A stretch of 64,000 nucleotides of DNA from Octopus sinensis (taxonomy: Eukaryota): assembly GCF_006345805.1 (NCBI RefSeq), contig NC_043021.1, positions 496,001 through 560,000 on the forward strand, written 5' to 3'. The notes beneath the pieces were generated by a model, which saw nothing but the letters and a program-made list of their open reading frames with translations, did not search any database and had not been told where the DNA came from. A program made the position numbers and the translations under genes. Positions 1 to 14,852 of this stretch are shown here, in pieces (position 1 is the stretch's first letter; the number at the start of each line of letters is the position of its first letter).

Positions 1-3000
1 ACTAACACTAACAAATGGGACTGACACCAACACATGGGGCTAACACGAACACATGGGACTAACACCAACTCATGGAGCTAACAGCAAAACAGGGTCTAAA
101 ACAAACACATGGGGCTAACACCAAAACAGGGACTAACACCAAAACTGGGACTAACACCAACACATGGTCTAACACAAACACATACGGCTAACACCAAAAT
201 CGGGACTAACACCAACACATGAGGCTAACACCAAAACAGGGACTAACACCAAATCTGGGACTAACACAAACACATGGGGCTAACACCAAAACAGGGTCTA
301 ACACAAACACATGGGGCTAACACCAAAACAGGGACTAACACCAAAACTGGGACTAACACAAACACATGGGGCTAACACCAAAACAGGGACTAACACCAAA
401 ACAGGGGCTAACACCAAAACAGAGACTAACACCAAAACAGGGACTAACACCAAAACAGGGACTAACACCAACACATGGGGCTAACACCAAAACAGGGACT
501 AACACCAACACATGGGGCTAACACCAAAACAGGGGCTAACACCAAAACTGGGACTTACACCAACACATGGGGCTAACACCAAAACAGGGACTAACACCAA
601 CACATGGGGCTAATACCAAAACAGGGACTAACACCAACACATGGGGCTAACACCAACACAGGGGGCTAACACCAACACAGGGACTAACACTAACACAGGG
701 ACTAACACCAACACATGGGAGTAACACCAACATGTGGGGCTAACACCAAAACAGGGACTAACACCAACACATGGGGCTAACACCAAAACAGGGGCTAACA
801 CCAACACAGGGGGCTAACACCGACACAGGGGGCTAACACCGACACAGGGACTAACACCAAAACTGGGACTAACACCAACACATGGGGCTAACACGAACAC
901 ATGGGACTAACACCAACACATGGGGCTAACACCAAAACAGGGTCTAACACAAACCATGGGGCTAACACCAAAACAGGCACTAACACAAACACATGGGGCT
1001 AACACCAAAACAGGGTCTAACACAAACACATGGGGCTAACACCAAAACGGACTAACACCAACACGTGGGGCTAACAGCAAAACAGGGTCTAAAACAAACA
1101 TGGGGCTAACACCAAAACAGGGACTAACACCAACACATGGTCTAACACAAACACATGCGGCTAACACCAAAACAGGGACTAACACCAAATCTGGGACTAA
1201 CACAAACACATGGGGCTAACACCAAAACAGGGCCTAACACAAACACATGGGGCTAACACCAAAACAGGGACTAACACCAATACAGGGGCTAACACCAAAA
1301 CAGGAACTAACACCAAAACTGGGACTAACACCAAAACAGGGACTAACACCAAAACAGGGACTAACACCAACACATGGGGCTAACACCAAAACAGGGACTA
1401 ACACCAACACATGGGGCTAACACCAAAAACAGGGGCTAACACCAAAACTGGTACTTAAACACCAACACATGGGCTAACACCAAAACAGGACTAACACCAA
1501 CACATGGGGCTAACACCAAAACAGGGACTAACACCAACACATGGGGCTAACACCAACACAGGGGGCTAACACCAACACAGCGACTAACACCAACACAGGG
1601 ACTAACACCAACACATGGAGTAAACACCACACGTGGGGCTAACACCAAAACAGGGACTAACACAAATACATGGGGCTACACAACCAAACAGGGACTAACA
1701 CACCAAAACTGGGACTAACACCAACACATGGGGCTAACACCAAAACAGGGTCTAACATAAACATGGGGCTAACACCAAAACAGGGACAAACACAAACATG
1801 GGGCTAACACCAAAACAGGGACTAACACCAACACATGGGGCTAACACCAACACATGGAGCTAACACCAACACAGGGACTAACACCAACACATGGGGCTAA
1901 CACCAAAACAGGGTCTAACACCAAAACAGGGACTAACACCAAAACTGGGACTAACACCAACACATGGGGCTAACACCAAAACAGGGTCTAACACAAACAT
2001 GGGGCTAACACCAAAACAGGGACTAACACCAAAACTGGGACTAACACCAAAACTGGGACTAACACCAACACATGGGTCTAACACAAACACATGGGGCTAA
2101 CACAAACACATGGGGCTAACACCAAAACAGGGACTAACACCAAAACTTGGACTAACACAAACACATGGGGCTAACACCAAAACAGGGTCTAACACCAAAA
2201 CAGGGACTAACACCAACACATGGGGCTAACACCAAAACAGGGACTAACACCAACACATGGGGCTAACACCAAAACAGGGGCTAACACCAAAACTGGGACT
2301 TACACCAACACATGGGGCTAACACCAAAACAGGGACTAACACCAACACATGGGGCTAACACCAAAACAGGGACTAACACCAACACATGGGGCTAACACCA
2401 ACACAGGGGGCTAACACCAACACAGGGACTAACACCAACACATGGGAGTAACACCAACACGTGGGGCTAACACCAAAACAGGGACTAACACCAACACATT
2501 GGGCTAACACCAAAACAGGGACTAACACCAACACAGGGGGCTAACACCAACACAGGGGGCTAACACCAACACAGGGACTAACACCAAAACTGGGACTAAC
2601 ACCAACACATGGGGCTAACACCAAAACAGGGTCTAACACAAACACATGGGGCTAACACCAAAACAGGCACTAACACAAACACATGGGGCTAACACCAAAA
2701 CAGGGTCTAACACAAACACATGGGGCTAACACCAAAACTGGGACTAACACCAACACATGGGGCTAACAGCAAAACAGGGTCTAAAACAAACATGGGGCTA
2801 ACACCAAAACAGGGACTAACACCAACACGTGGTCTAACAATTACACATGCGGCTATCACCAAAATCGGGACTAACACCAACACATGAGGCTAACACCAAA
2901 ACAGGGACTAACACCAAATCTGGGACTAACACAAACACATGGGGCTAACACCAAAACAGGGCCTAACACAAACACATGGGGCTAACACCAAAACAGGGAC

Positions 3001-5010
3001 TAACACCAAAACAGGGGCTAACACCAAAACAGGGACTAACACCAAAACTGGGACTAACACCAAAACAGGGACTAACACCAAAACAGGGACTAACACCAAC
3101 ACATGGGGCTAACACCAAAACAGGGACTAACACCAACACATGGGGCTAACACCAAAACAGGGGCTAACACCAAAACTGGGACTTACACCAACACATGGGG
3201 CTAACACCAAAACAGGGACTAACACCAACACATGGGGCTAACACCAAAACAGGGACTAACACCAACACATGGGGCTAACACCAACACAGGGGGCTAACAC
3301 CAACACAGGGACTAACACCAACACAGGGACTAACACCAACACATGGGAGTAACACCAACACGTGGGGCTAACACCAAAACAGGGACTAACACCAACACAT
3401 GGGGCTAACACCAAAACAGGGTCTAACACAAATACATGGGGCTAACACCAAAACAGGGACTAACACCAAAACTGGGACTAACACCAACACATGGGGCTAA
3501 CACCAAAACAGGGTCTAACATAAACATGGGGCTAACACCAAAACAGGGACAAACACAAACATGGGGCTAACACCAAAACAGGGACTAACACCAACACATG
3601 GGGCTAACACCAACACATGGAGCTAACACCAACACAGGGACTAACACCAACACATGGGAGTAACACCAATACGTGGGGCTAACACCAAAACAGGGACTAA
3701 CACCAACACATGGGGCTAACACCAAAACAGGGTCTAACACCAAAACAGGGACTAACACCAAAACTGGGACTAACACCAACACATGGGGCTAACACCAAAA
3801 CAGGGTCTAACACAAACATGGGGCTAACACCAAAACAGGGACTAACACCAAAACTGGGACTAACACCAAAACTGGGACTAACACCAACACATGGGGCTAA
3901 CACCAAAACTGGGACTAACACCAACACATGGGACTAACACCAAAACAGGGTCTAACACAAACACATGGGGCTAACACCAAAACAGGGACTAACACCAAAA
4001 CTGGGACTAACACAAACACATGGGGCTAACACCAAAACAGGGTCTAACACCAAAACAGGGACTAACACCAAAACTGGGACTAACAACAAAACAGGGACTA
4101 ACACAAACACATGGGGCTAACACCAAAACAGGGACTAACACCAAAACAGGGACTAACACCAAAACTGGGACTAACACCAACACATGGGGCTAACACCAAA
4201 ACAGGGACTAACACCAACACATGGGGCTAACACCAAAACATGGACTAACACCAAAACAGGCACTAATACAAACACATGGGGCTGGTACCAAAACAGGGTC
4301 TAACAAACACATGGGGCTAACACCAAAACAGACTAACACCAAAACTGGGACTAACACGAACACATGGGGCTAACACGAACACATGGGACTAACACCAAAA
4401 CAGGGACTAACACCAACACATGGGGCTAACACCAAAACAGGATCTAGCACAAACACATGGGGCTAACACCAAAACAGACTAACACCAAAACTGGGACTAA
4501 CACGAACACATGGGGCTAACACGAACACATGGGACTAACACCAAAACTGGGACTAACACCAACACATGGGACTAACACCAAAACAGGGTCTAACACAAAC
4601 ACATGGGGCTAACACCAAAACAGGACTAACACCAAAACTGGGACTAGCACCAACACATGGGACTAACACCAAAACAGGGTCTAACACAAACACATGGGGC
4701 CAACACCAAAACAGGGACTAACACCAAAACTGGGACTAACACCAAAACAGGCACTAACACCAACACATGGGGCTAACACCAAAACAGGGTCTAACACAAA
4801 CACATGGGGCTAACACCAAAACAGGGACTATCACCAACATATGGGGCTAACACCAAAACAGGGTCTAACACAAACACATGGGGCTAACACCAAAACAGGG
4901 ACTAACACCAACACATGGGGCTAACACCAACACATGGGGCTAACACCAACACATAGGAATAACACCAACACATGGGGCTAACACCAACACATGGGGCTTG
5001 CACGAACATG
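1..5010. repeat. Minisatellite array of 18-19 bp monomers (CTAACACCAAAACAGGGA / CTAACACCAACACATGGGG variants) with roughly 0.83-0.9 kb higher-order periodicity
   Basis: Continuous tandem monomers; rare variants recur, e.g. GGAGTAA near 718, 1617, 2444, 3345. The array runs off the left edge of the window. Confidence 0.97.
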
Positions 5011-5779
5011 AACTAACCAGCAATGAACTTATTAAGTGATTGGTATTTGTAGTAGTAAAAGAGAGTTTTCATCAAATTGTAAATACAAAGAAACGATGAA
5101 CTGCATGAAACTAACAAGTGTGGATGGACCAGAAAAGCTTTTAAACCACTCTTACTCACCTGAGTAACCTCGTAGTATATACATAGGATTCTATTAATTG
5201 CCTTCAACAACATTAGAACATACATGGGTTGTAGAGCTTGATCTGTGCTGTTCTCCATAACATTTGTTTATACACAATTTTAAGGGATTGCCCTTGTTTC
5301 TCATTAAACAAATGTTCCGAGTATGGCCCTTGCTCTCCCCAATAACACTAGTTTATATACAGATTTTAATACTGTCCTTTTTACTCTAAAAATACTACAT
5401 CAAAATATACAAAAATAAGGGAAATTAAGTGCAAAATGTGGAAAAGAAAATATTTTTATCTCTAAAACATGTTTATTTGTTGTTATTGCCGTTCATTTGC
5501 AAGTTCAATGAACCTAGGATTAAAGGTGACATTAAATGTGTCCTTTTTTTAATATTATAAAGTGTTAAGGAAGACTTAGCTACTATTTCTTGCAGATCGA
5601 GTAACTATATAGAGATTCCACATTAACCCATGCCTTTAAAAGTAAATGTGAATCCACTCAGAGAAGCCAAGAAAGCTAAGCACACTTCTCACATGTAGCC
5701 ACTGTCCCTTTTCATAGCTTTCTTCATGTTAATATATATGAAAACACACACACACACAAAATGATTGGTGACAACATAC

Positions 5780-5864
5780 CTGTATAGACAGCTTGTGTAC
5801 TGGTTCAGAGATATGGTCAAAACTAGTTCGCCGGTGCTTGTCTAACTCATGGTCAATATCCTGC
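5780..5864 (-). CDS. ABCC8/ABCC9: SUR exon 22: NBD1-TMD2 linker (QDIDHELDKHRRTSFDHISEPVHKLSIQ)
   Basis: ttccag|G...CAG|gtatgt, 85 nt, phase 2-0. Confidence 0.75.
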
Positions 5865-7939
5865 CTGGAAGTTAACAAAAATACCACACAGATAAAATAT
5901 AAACTCCACATAAATAAATAATAAATGTGTTCTACTCTCTGCCAAATGTGTTTCAATGTTGGCCATACTGTCTACCAAATGTATTACATTGTCCCCTAAG
6001 TTATCTCTTTGTAGATCTAAACCCATTCAGCATTTAAACTGACCCAAATATTCTTCCTGTTTTATGATCAAACTGGCCAGATCCAGTCTCTCTAACCTAC
6101 CCTACAATGCTAGTTCTAAAAAATATACAGTAGTCACACAATTGAAATCTCAAAATTACAAGATAATGCTGGATAAATTCAAAAACGTGTGGATAAATAA
6201 ATGTTACATTTGATAGAATACTCTGAATGCCAAAGGGTTTAAAAAGGGCAGCATCTTACTTGGAGACTGTTTTAAACTTAGATCTTGAAAATACAAGGTG
6301 ACCACACTAAGCAATGATGTAGATGAATACAAACTTGCTACAAGATGAAAATATGCTTGAGGCACATTCGAATCCATAGTAAAGGTCATTCACTGAATTT
6401 TTTCATGGAGAAAATTTCTTGTCAACAGCAAGAAAATGCAGTGAAAGGCATTCTTACACGTTTGTTAAATATACCCCAAACATATTTAAACTGATAATAA
6501 GTTTAGATCTTTAATATTTCAGAGAGATTACATAGGAAATGAGTTAAAGTATATATGTGCGTGTGTGTGTGCACAAGTTTAAATTTTAGATCACCATAGA
6601 GGACAGTCACCCAAAACAATCATCGTTTGCCCTGGAACAGTTTCAGTTTAGGGTTCACACAAATGTTCTACAATAAGAGTGTCAAAGTACAACAATGATT
6701 GAGGGACAGACTCACACTGTACTTACAACACTGCAATAGTAAACTGTACGTTGAAAGGACACAACATGCAATTAAAGATCACACAAGTTTGGTATGAAAA
6801 TATTTTGAGGAAGATGGGGTGAAGGCAGAATAATTTTAAAAAATGACTGTGATAAGGAATAAGAAGAAAAGAAGAAAGAAATAGAGTAAAGTATTGTGAT
6901 TACAAAAATAACAACAACAACAGCTGAAATATTGACTAAATGATCATGTGACTACCTAATTCATTAGGCATACAGAACAAAATGGTTTGGAGAAAAACCT
7001 TTTACTCTGAGCGAGAGGCCCTTTGTTACCAGCAGAGGTAAGAGTTCTCTGAACTTTGCCCAGGCTATTCTTATTCTAGCAGCTACATTTTCAGTGCACC
7101 CTCCTCTGCTACTGACTTGGTCACCTAGCTAACGGAAGCTATCAACTACTTCTAGTTTTTCTCTCTGGGATGTGGCAGAAGTTGTTCTCTGCACTTTTTC
7201 AATGTTATTTATTGTTCCTGAGCATCTGCCACATACAAAAACTATCCTCCCAGTTAGCCTTCCTTTGATATTACTGCACCTCTTATGTGTCCATAGCTTA
7301 CACTGGGTACATCTTATAGAGTTTCTATCTACGCCTTTTCTACAGATCGAGTAGGGCCATCTACCTGAAGGGATTTGTGGTTTGTCTGCCTTCCTACTTA
7401 TTAGGACTTAGGTTTTAGTTAGGCCCTTCAATTCTAATCCTTGTTTCCACACTTGAAACTTCTCTTCGAGTTCTGATAGTGACTCAGCAATTAGAGCAAG
7501 GTCGTCAGCATAGAGGAGCTACCAGGGGCATCCTGTCTTGAATTCCTCCATTATTGCCAGGAGGATTATGATAAATAGGAGAGGGCTGAGGACTGAACTG
7601 TGGTGAACCCCTACCTCTACCCTGAATTCTTCACTGTACTCGTTGCCAACCCTCACCTTACTGACAGCATCCCTGTACATGGCTTGCACAGCTCTCACTA
7701 ACCATTCATCTATCACTAGTTTCCTCATTGACCACCAGATAAGGGATCGGGGGACCCTGTCAAAGGGTTTCTCCATGTATACAATGAGCTTCTTTCAGTT
7801 TCCGTCTACCAAATCCACTCACAAGCCTTTGGTCTGCCCAAGGCTATAGTAGAAGAAACTTGCCCAAAGTGCCATGCAGTGGGATTGAACCCAGAACCAT
7901 GTGGGCATAACTTCTGGGCAACACTGGGATGTATTGATA

Positions 7940-7981
<42 letters not shown>

Positions 7982-9588
7982 AAGTTATTTTATTTCACAC
8001 AGGTAGAAATATAGAAAAAAAAAAGCTGAAAATGCACTGGGATTCATTTAGATTTATTTGTTTAAAAATTTTTAAAGACTCAACTTCAAATATAAGTTTT
8101 TCTCTTCTTCATTCATATTTTAGAGTTTATTTCGACCATTCACCTGCTCAGTGACAATGCCGGGGAGGAGGGGGAAATAAGAGGGTCATCTTGTTGGCTT
8201 TGTTTGTCATCCATCAGACACCCATACAACTTTCAAATTTTAAGGTCTGGCACATTCTTATTGTCCCCCAATAATTTGATTGTCTCAGGTTTATGAATTA
8301 TCAACAATCGAACTTCCGCCATTCATTCCTCCAAATGTTTTGGTTATAAACCCTATCACATTAATAAATGGATAGAAGGTGGGGCTTTGGGGGGGGGGGT
8401 AGACTAAGGGATTTGCACACTCTTCGTTTATGGCTCATGTCATCTCTCTGTTGTAGTTTTCTTACTGTGTTGATGCCATGTGTGTGTGTGTGTGGAATTG
8501 AGTTGGCAGTTATTTTGTAATTAGCTATAAATATTTCCAGAGTTGTTGCTGTTGTGTTTGTTGTTAGTAAAAAACAACATTGAAGAAAGAGAGAAGAAAA
8601 GTAACAACAGCACATACAATACAATAAAAATAATAAAAACAATAAATAATAATCCTTTCTGAAATTCGGTGGGGAGTAGGTACATCAGTTACATTCACCC
8701 CAGTACTCAACTGGTACTTATTTTATCGACCCCAAAAGGATGAAAAGCAAAGTCGACCTAGGCAGAATTTGAACTCAGAACATAAAGTCAGACAAAATTC
8801 AGGGTTAAGCATTTGCCAACGTGCCAACAATGCTGCCCACTCGCCACCTTGATGATAATAATAATCCTTTCTACTATAGGCACAAGGCCTGAAATTTTGG
8901 GGGAGGGTTGATTACATTGATCCCAGTGTTTCAGACCCCAAAAGGATGAAAGGGAAAGTCAACCTCAACAGAATTTGAACTCAAAACATTAAAGTCAGAC
9001 GAAATGCCGTTAAGTATTTTGCCCAGCATGCTAACGATTCTGCCAGCTCACTGCCTTAATAATAATAATATCGAATTTTGGCAGAGAGCCAGCAGTTTTT
9101 TAGGGGCTGGAGAAGAGTTGATTATAGTGACCCCAGTATTTGACTGGTATTTATTTTATAGACTCCGAAAAGGATGAAAAGCAAACTTGACCTCATCAAA
9201 ATTTGGTTTTAGAATATAAAGATGGATGAAATGTAGCTAAGCATTTTGTTCAGCTAATGACTCTGCTAGCTCACCACCTTAATATTAATAACAACAGCAT
9301 TTGGACTTCATTTATTTGTACCCCAGTGTCACTTTCATGGCATGCAATGCTCTCTCACTCAATAATAACAACAGTGATAAGAATCTGGTCAGAAAGAACA
9401 CAAAAGTACATATATACATATATATAAGAATAAGAAAGCATTCACAGAAGTAATACCTCTCAGCCAAACTGGATCTCCTGAAATCAAAGAATCAACAGAT
9501 TAAATGTTCCCCAACAGAACTTGACCAACATTCTTCAGAATAAAGTTGCACAACAGAATAAATAAGGATATATGTATGTATGTATGCA

Positions 9589-9664
<76 letters not shown>

Positions 9665-9770
9665 AAAGAAAATAGAAACTACATGTTGCAATGTAAGGGG
9701 AAAGTAAGAAGAAAAATAAGCGAAAAATGCACATTGGAAATCAAAAGATATATATATAGCTAGATAGATA

Positions 9771-9816
<46 letters not shown>

Positions 9817-12800
9817 CACACATTTAACATATATATATATGAAAATAGTTTCATTCACTGAAAGTTCTGGCCCTCCCTGTTGTTATTGAGTCTCTTGTTA
9901 CTGTTTTGCTATTTAAAACAACTTCAAGAACCTCAGAGAAACAAGAAATCTTGAGTAGCAACAGGATGAAGTTCAAGATCCAAATAAGTTGCTAAACTTT
10001 ATGCTCACTAAATACTTTTCTCTCTTCTTTGATCACCCATACATAACAAAGTGTGTGTGTGTTGCCTCCACAACACACACACAACTCCAAGTTGTATCTT
10101 ACATGTCACTGGTATCTTCCTATGTAAAGAAGATGTCCATTTATAGCTCTTCGGCCTTTTAAAATGGTTCTTCTCAATTTTGTAAAGTAGGAACAGGGAG
10201 CACCCACTCTCTCCCATCTTCAGCCTCTCAGTGGGATATGAGAATGAATACACAGCTACTCACATTAAAAGGTACACACATACACACTCCCTACCAAACC
10301 AACTACAATAACTCTTTCCCAGGCATTAACACCCCCCCCCCACAAAAAAAAAACTTCAAAAGAGAAAAAGGAAAAAAAAAAAAACCAATGGAACAAGTTC
10401 CCCCAAGAAACAAAGACAAACTTTTCAGAATTCAATGCCACAATTAGTATCAATTATGACTGTGCATAAATTTACCAAAATAATTATAGCTGCAGCTAAA
10501 AATATATTCATTAAGGCAATACAAGACATACAACTCTGATTACAAAACTGAAACTGTCAAACTGATAATGAGTAGAGACAACCTCAGGCACTAAAACCAG
10601 AAACAAAAGAAATAAAAGCAAATGAATAAATATAAAAAACAAATAATAATGAAAATTGATTAATGTTTGTATCCAACATAAATTAGAAAAAAAAGAGTAA
10701 CAAACATCATCATCATCCTCAACAATCACACAATAACATCTTGGAATCAGATTGAAACAGGAAGGAAACACGATTATCAGACATCAACATTATCCTTTTA
10801 TATATCTATTTTTTATGCTGGCATGGGATGAACGGACCACCGTGATCCAAAGCAATTGTTATTTGGAGCTGGTGTCCATCTAGAAAGGCCAGAAGATCAA
10901 GGGTTGTACATATCATACATCTGTTTGCCTTTCCTACCACCAACCACTCTACAGAATGTATTGAGTGCATTTTATTGTGGCACCAACACTAGAGAGGTTG
11001 CTGTCTCTTCAGCATGTCTAAACAATCTTCTCTGCACTATGTTTATCTTTGTTCATTTACTAACCACTTTACAAGAGTGTACAGGGTTGACATTGTTTGA
11101 AAATCAGCCAAAACAACACAATGAAAACAGAAACATAAAACAAACAAAAAATGCACCATCCCTGTACACACACACACACACACACGCACAAATCACCTGC
11201 TGAAAAACAAAATTGCTCTACATAATTCATATGAAAATAACTTGAAAGAAAGAAATATTTTTATCTCTACTGAATAATAACCAATAAAAAATATTGGTTG
11301 GTTGGTTGAATTCTCTAGTCGTACTTATAGTGTATAAAGAGCAGAAGAATGAGTGTAAAAAAAGAGATACAGAGAGATTTAACACAAGTACAGGATGACT
11401 GCACATACTAGGCTTGGTAACAGACAATGAGTAAAGGAATGTCTCGCATGCACACACACAATGACAAAGAATCATAGAAAGAGGAAGAGGAGAGGGAGAA
11501 AATAACAAAGTAACAAATATTTTTCTTTTCAAAATTAATATTCATGTCCTCATTTTGTATAAACACCAAGAAATTTGATAAAAATTAATTATTGTATGTA
11601 TGTCATATTTCCTGATGTTACCCACGGTAGCAAAAGTATAGTTCCAAAGTTACCAATCATATGAAGCAGGCAACACTCTAGTTTTGCTGTTTTATGAAAG
11701 AGAGATCAATAGATTAATCAAAATGTGATTTCATTAGTTTCTAAAATATCAATGTGAAAATTGAAACTTCAATGAATCAACAAAAGAAGGAAATGACACA
11801 AAATCTTTGAAATATTTGTATTGACTAATGAGTAAAGGATGACTATGACAAAAGAGTGAATATTGAAGATAATAGATGCTTTGGGTGAGGTATAAGAGTG
11901 ATATATGAGAGTGGACACCTCAACAAAGAGTTACAACCCCAGGTCATTTCAGTTTTACAGTTTATATCATACTAAACCTAAGTAGACAAAAGCATGCCCT
12001 ACTGCCCCTCGGGTCACCCAATACATGCACTGGGCAGTCCAGAGTATTGAGCAGCATTTATAACAAAAAATGCAAGACAGATGTAAAACCTAGTGACTTA
12101 GATATACTCAGATTGTGAGAGAGAGAGAGAGATGTGAATAGCAGAGAGAGACTGGTTCATGAGAGAGAGAGAGAAAGAAATGTGAATACTAGAGAGACTG
12201 GTTGGTATGTGAGAGAGAAAGAATGAGTGTAACAGAACATACTAATAATGACCAAAATTCCAGAAAAGATAATACAAACAGGAAACAAAAAAATACCTTT
12301 CTGGAAGACTTGATCTCCTCCTGGGGCAACAAAATAAAAACAACAGCTTCATTACTGATATTTAACATGTTGGAACATGCTATTTAGGGTGATTAGAACA
12401 AATTATAGCTACATGTGACATGTTGTAATAGACTCTTAATAGGTTTTGCTGAAGTTTTTCATTATTCCTTTGACTTGCAACGTGTTCAGGCTGGACACAT
12501 CAATCGCATCAGTGTAGGAAGACCTTCAAAGTCATAGCTGAGTATGACAGATCATAACATACATTGAGAGGTCATAGCAAGCCATAAGATGTATTGACAA
12601 GGCATAGAAGACCATGACAGATCACCGGAAGTCATTGCGAACTAAAGAGATGTTGACAGGTCATAGGACACAATGAGAAGGGATAGCAGGTCATCAGAGG
12701 TGATGACAGGCCATAGCAGACTATGGCAGATCATAAAAGATAAAACTGACCCGGAAATAGAAGGTACTCCTCATTTGATTTATATGTTGCAAAACCGTAG

Positions 12801-14808
12801 ACATAGAGAGAACATTTCACAACATGACATATAAGAGTACATCAGTACCCAATATACAGAGAGTACCTAAAAAAGGATCATGAGCCATAAGCTCATAAGG
12901 CCAGTTTCCCAGAATCTGTGGTGTATACACACACCCTGGATGGGACTCCAGCCCACTTTAGGATTACTCACTTTTGCCAAATGAGGGGACTGGAACAACA
13001 TGAAATGAAATGTTTTTGCTCACCCAGTCCAGGAATTGAAACCACAATATTATAATCATGAGTGCAACACCCTAACCAATAAGCCATGCACCACCACAGA
13101 GTGTACCCGAGTACATGATACAGAAAGCACTTCGATAGATAAAGAGAGTATTCCACTACAACAAAGATAATACCTCACTACAAAAGAGGCAGAACCTTAC
13201 AAAAATATAGAGTTCTTCATTACACAACACATAAAGTACCTTACAAAATTGACTACAAGATATAGGGTACGTCACTACAAGACATACAGGCAACACTACA
13301 CTACATGGTACAGAGTACCTCAAGACAGACAGTATAGTACCTCATCGCAAGATATAGAGTACCATGCCAAAAAAAAAACCTGATGGTAGTTCATTATAAG
13401 GCATGCAGTACCACATAATAAAGCATACAAAGTACCTTATTATGAAATTTAGAGTACCACAAGGAAGACACGACTTTATTACAAGACAAATGGTACCATG
13501 CTGTAAGACAGTCATGCAGTACTGCACAAGACAGGGGACAAACTACTCTTGCTACTACTAATAACACTACTGACCAATACTTATTGATACTTTTGAAAGA
13601 ATATCAATATGTATTGAGTACTTCACTACTAGATCTTGTTCTGAAATATATATAAAAACCAAGCTGTGTCACACACACAAACACACAGAGTATTTTGCAA
13701 CATCCAGCTCACACACACACACACAGTACTCTACAGATACTGATAACATTTTACTACATCACACACACTCACAGTATACAGCTGCATGACAAGGACATGA
13801 CCACATGACATCAATATATATAAAAATCTATCAAAAATACCTTTCAACCACATTAGTTCTTCTGGAAATAAAATTGATATAATAATGAAAGTTAGAAGAT
13901 AAAGTAAAACTGATTAATTATTATAATTTATGTGTTCTTGACAATGATGATGATGTTGATAATTATTTAGGATTTAGGTACAAGGCCATCAATTACAAAG
14001 GGTGGGATGGTCAATTCCATCAACCCCACTAACTTACTTTAAGACCAGCAAATTTATGAAGGGATTAAGCAATTATATCAACCCCAATTCTTCACTAAAA
14101 CTTTAATGATCCCAAAAGAATGAAAGACAAAATCAAACTCAGTGGAATTTGAACTTACAATATACAGAACCAGAACAAATAGGCAAAACATTTCTCCAGA
14201 CTCTCTACTGTTTCTGCCAATCTTCTACCATAATTGTTTTCAATAATGGCACAAGGTTTGGAAAATAGGGATAGGAACCGAGTAAAATATCTATCAAGTA
14301 CTGGGGGTCAATTAAATTTGAATCCCAGGACTTGACTGGTATAACTTATTTTGTCAACCCTGAAAGGATGTGTGGTAAAGTTGACCTCAGTGGAATTTGA
14401 ACTCAGAATGTTAAAAGTGCTGGAACAGTAGTTTCTTTTTCTCGCAGTCTAACAATGCTGCCACTCCACTACTGACACTGACCCCCAGTTCACAACTCGT
14501 ACCTTATTTCATTGCCTGCAGAAAGATGGAAGACAAGGCAGACTTTGGCAGGATTCGAGCTCAGAACATAAAATGTCGGATTAAATGCTGCCAAGCATTT
14601 TACCTGTTGTACTAACAATTCTACCAGCTCACCACAACACCAATAATAATAATAATCCTTTCTACTAAAGGCACAAGGTGTAACTGGTACTTATTTCATC
14701 AACCCCAAAAGGGTAAAAGGCAAAGTCAACCTCAGTGGAATCTGAACTCAACGTAAAGATTGACAAAATACCGATAAGCATTTTGCCTGGCGTGCTAACA
14801 ATTCTGCC

Positions 14809-14852
<44 letters not shown>

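Noticed and set aside
1878-3937. Repetitive ORFs (GLTPKQ / GVSPCF) on both strands
   Set aside because: By-products of 18-bp monomers in the satellite; the frames break at 19-bp monomers.
1-5010. CRISPR array or telomeric tract
   Set aside because: No unique spacers, eukaryotic context, and no (TTAGGG)n arrays.
5160-5258. Candidate next SUR exon (NSTDQALQPMYVLMLLKAINRIL) with CAG|gtgagt donor
   Set aside because: Poor acceptor and no convincing similarity to TMD2.
10103-10228. Candidate linker exon containing SSLHRKIPVT, reminiscent of SUR1 SSMLHQRAEIPW
   Set aside because: Phases are incompatible with the phase-2 chain; joining to exon 21 creates TGA.
10530-10590. Strong polypyrimidine acceptor with a gtatgt donor
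   Set aside because: Stop codon immediately in phase 2 and no homology; not distinguishable from a chance pseudo-exon.
12530-13530. Coding-looking unique sequence near microexon 20
   Set aside because: On inspection these are eroded short-period repeats (gtcatagcag; agagtacc..acaaga), like those at 27400-27840.
13622-13640. Possible third microexon (TRSSSE) with a good acceptor
   Set aside because: 19 nt with a weak gtactc donor; it shifts the frame and produces a stop in exon 21.
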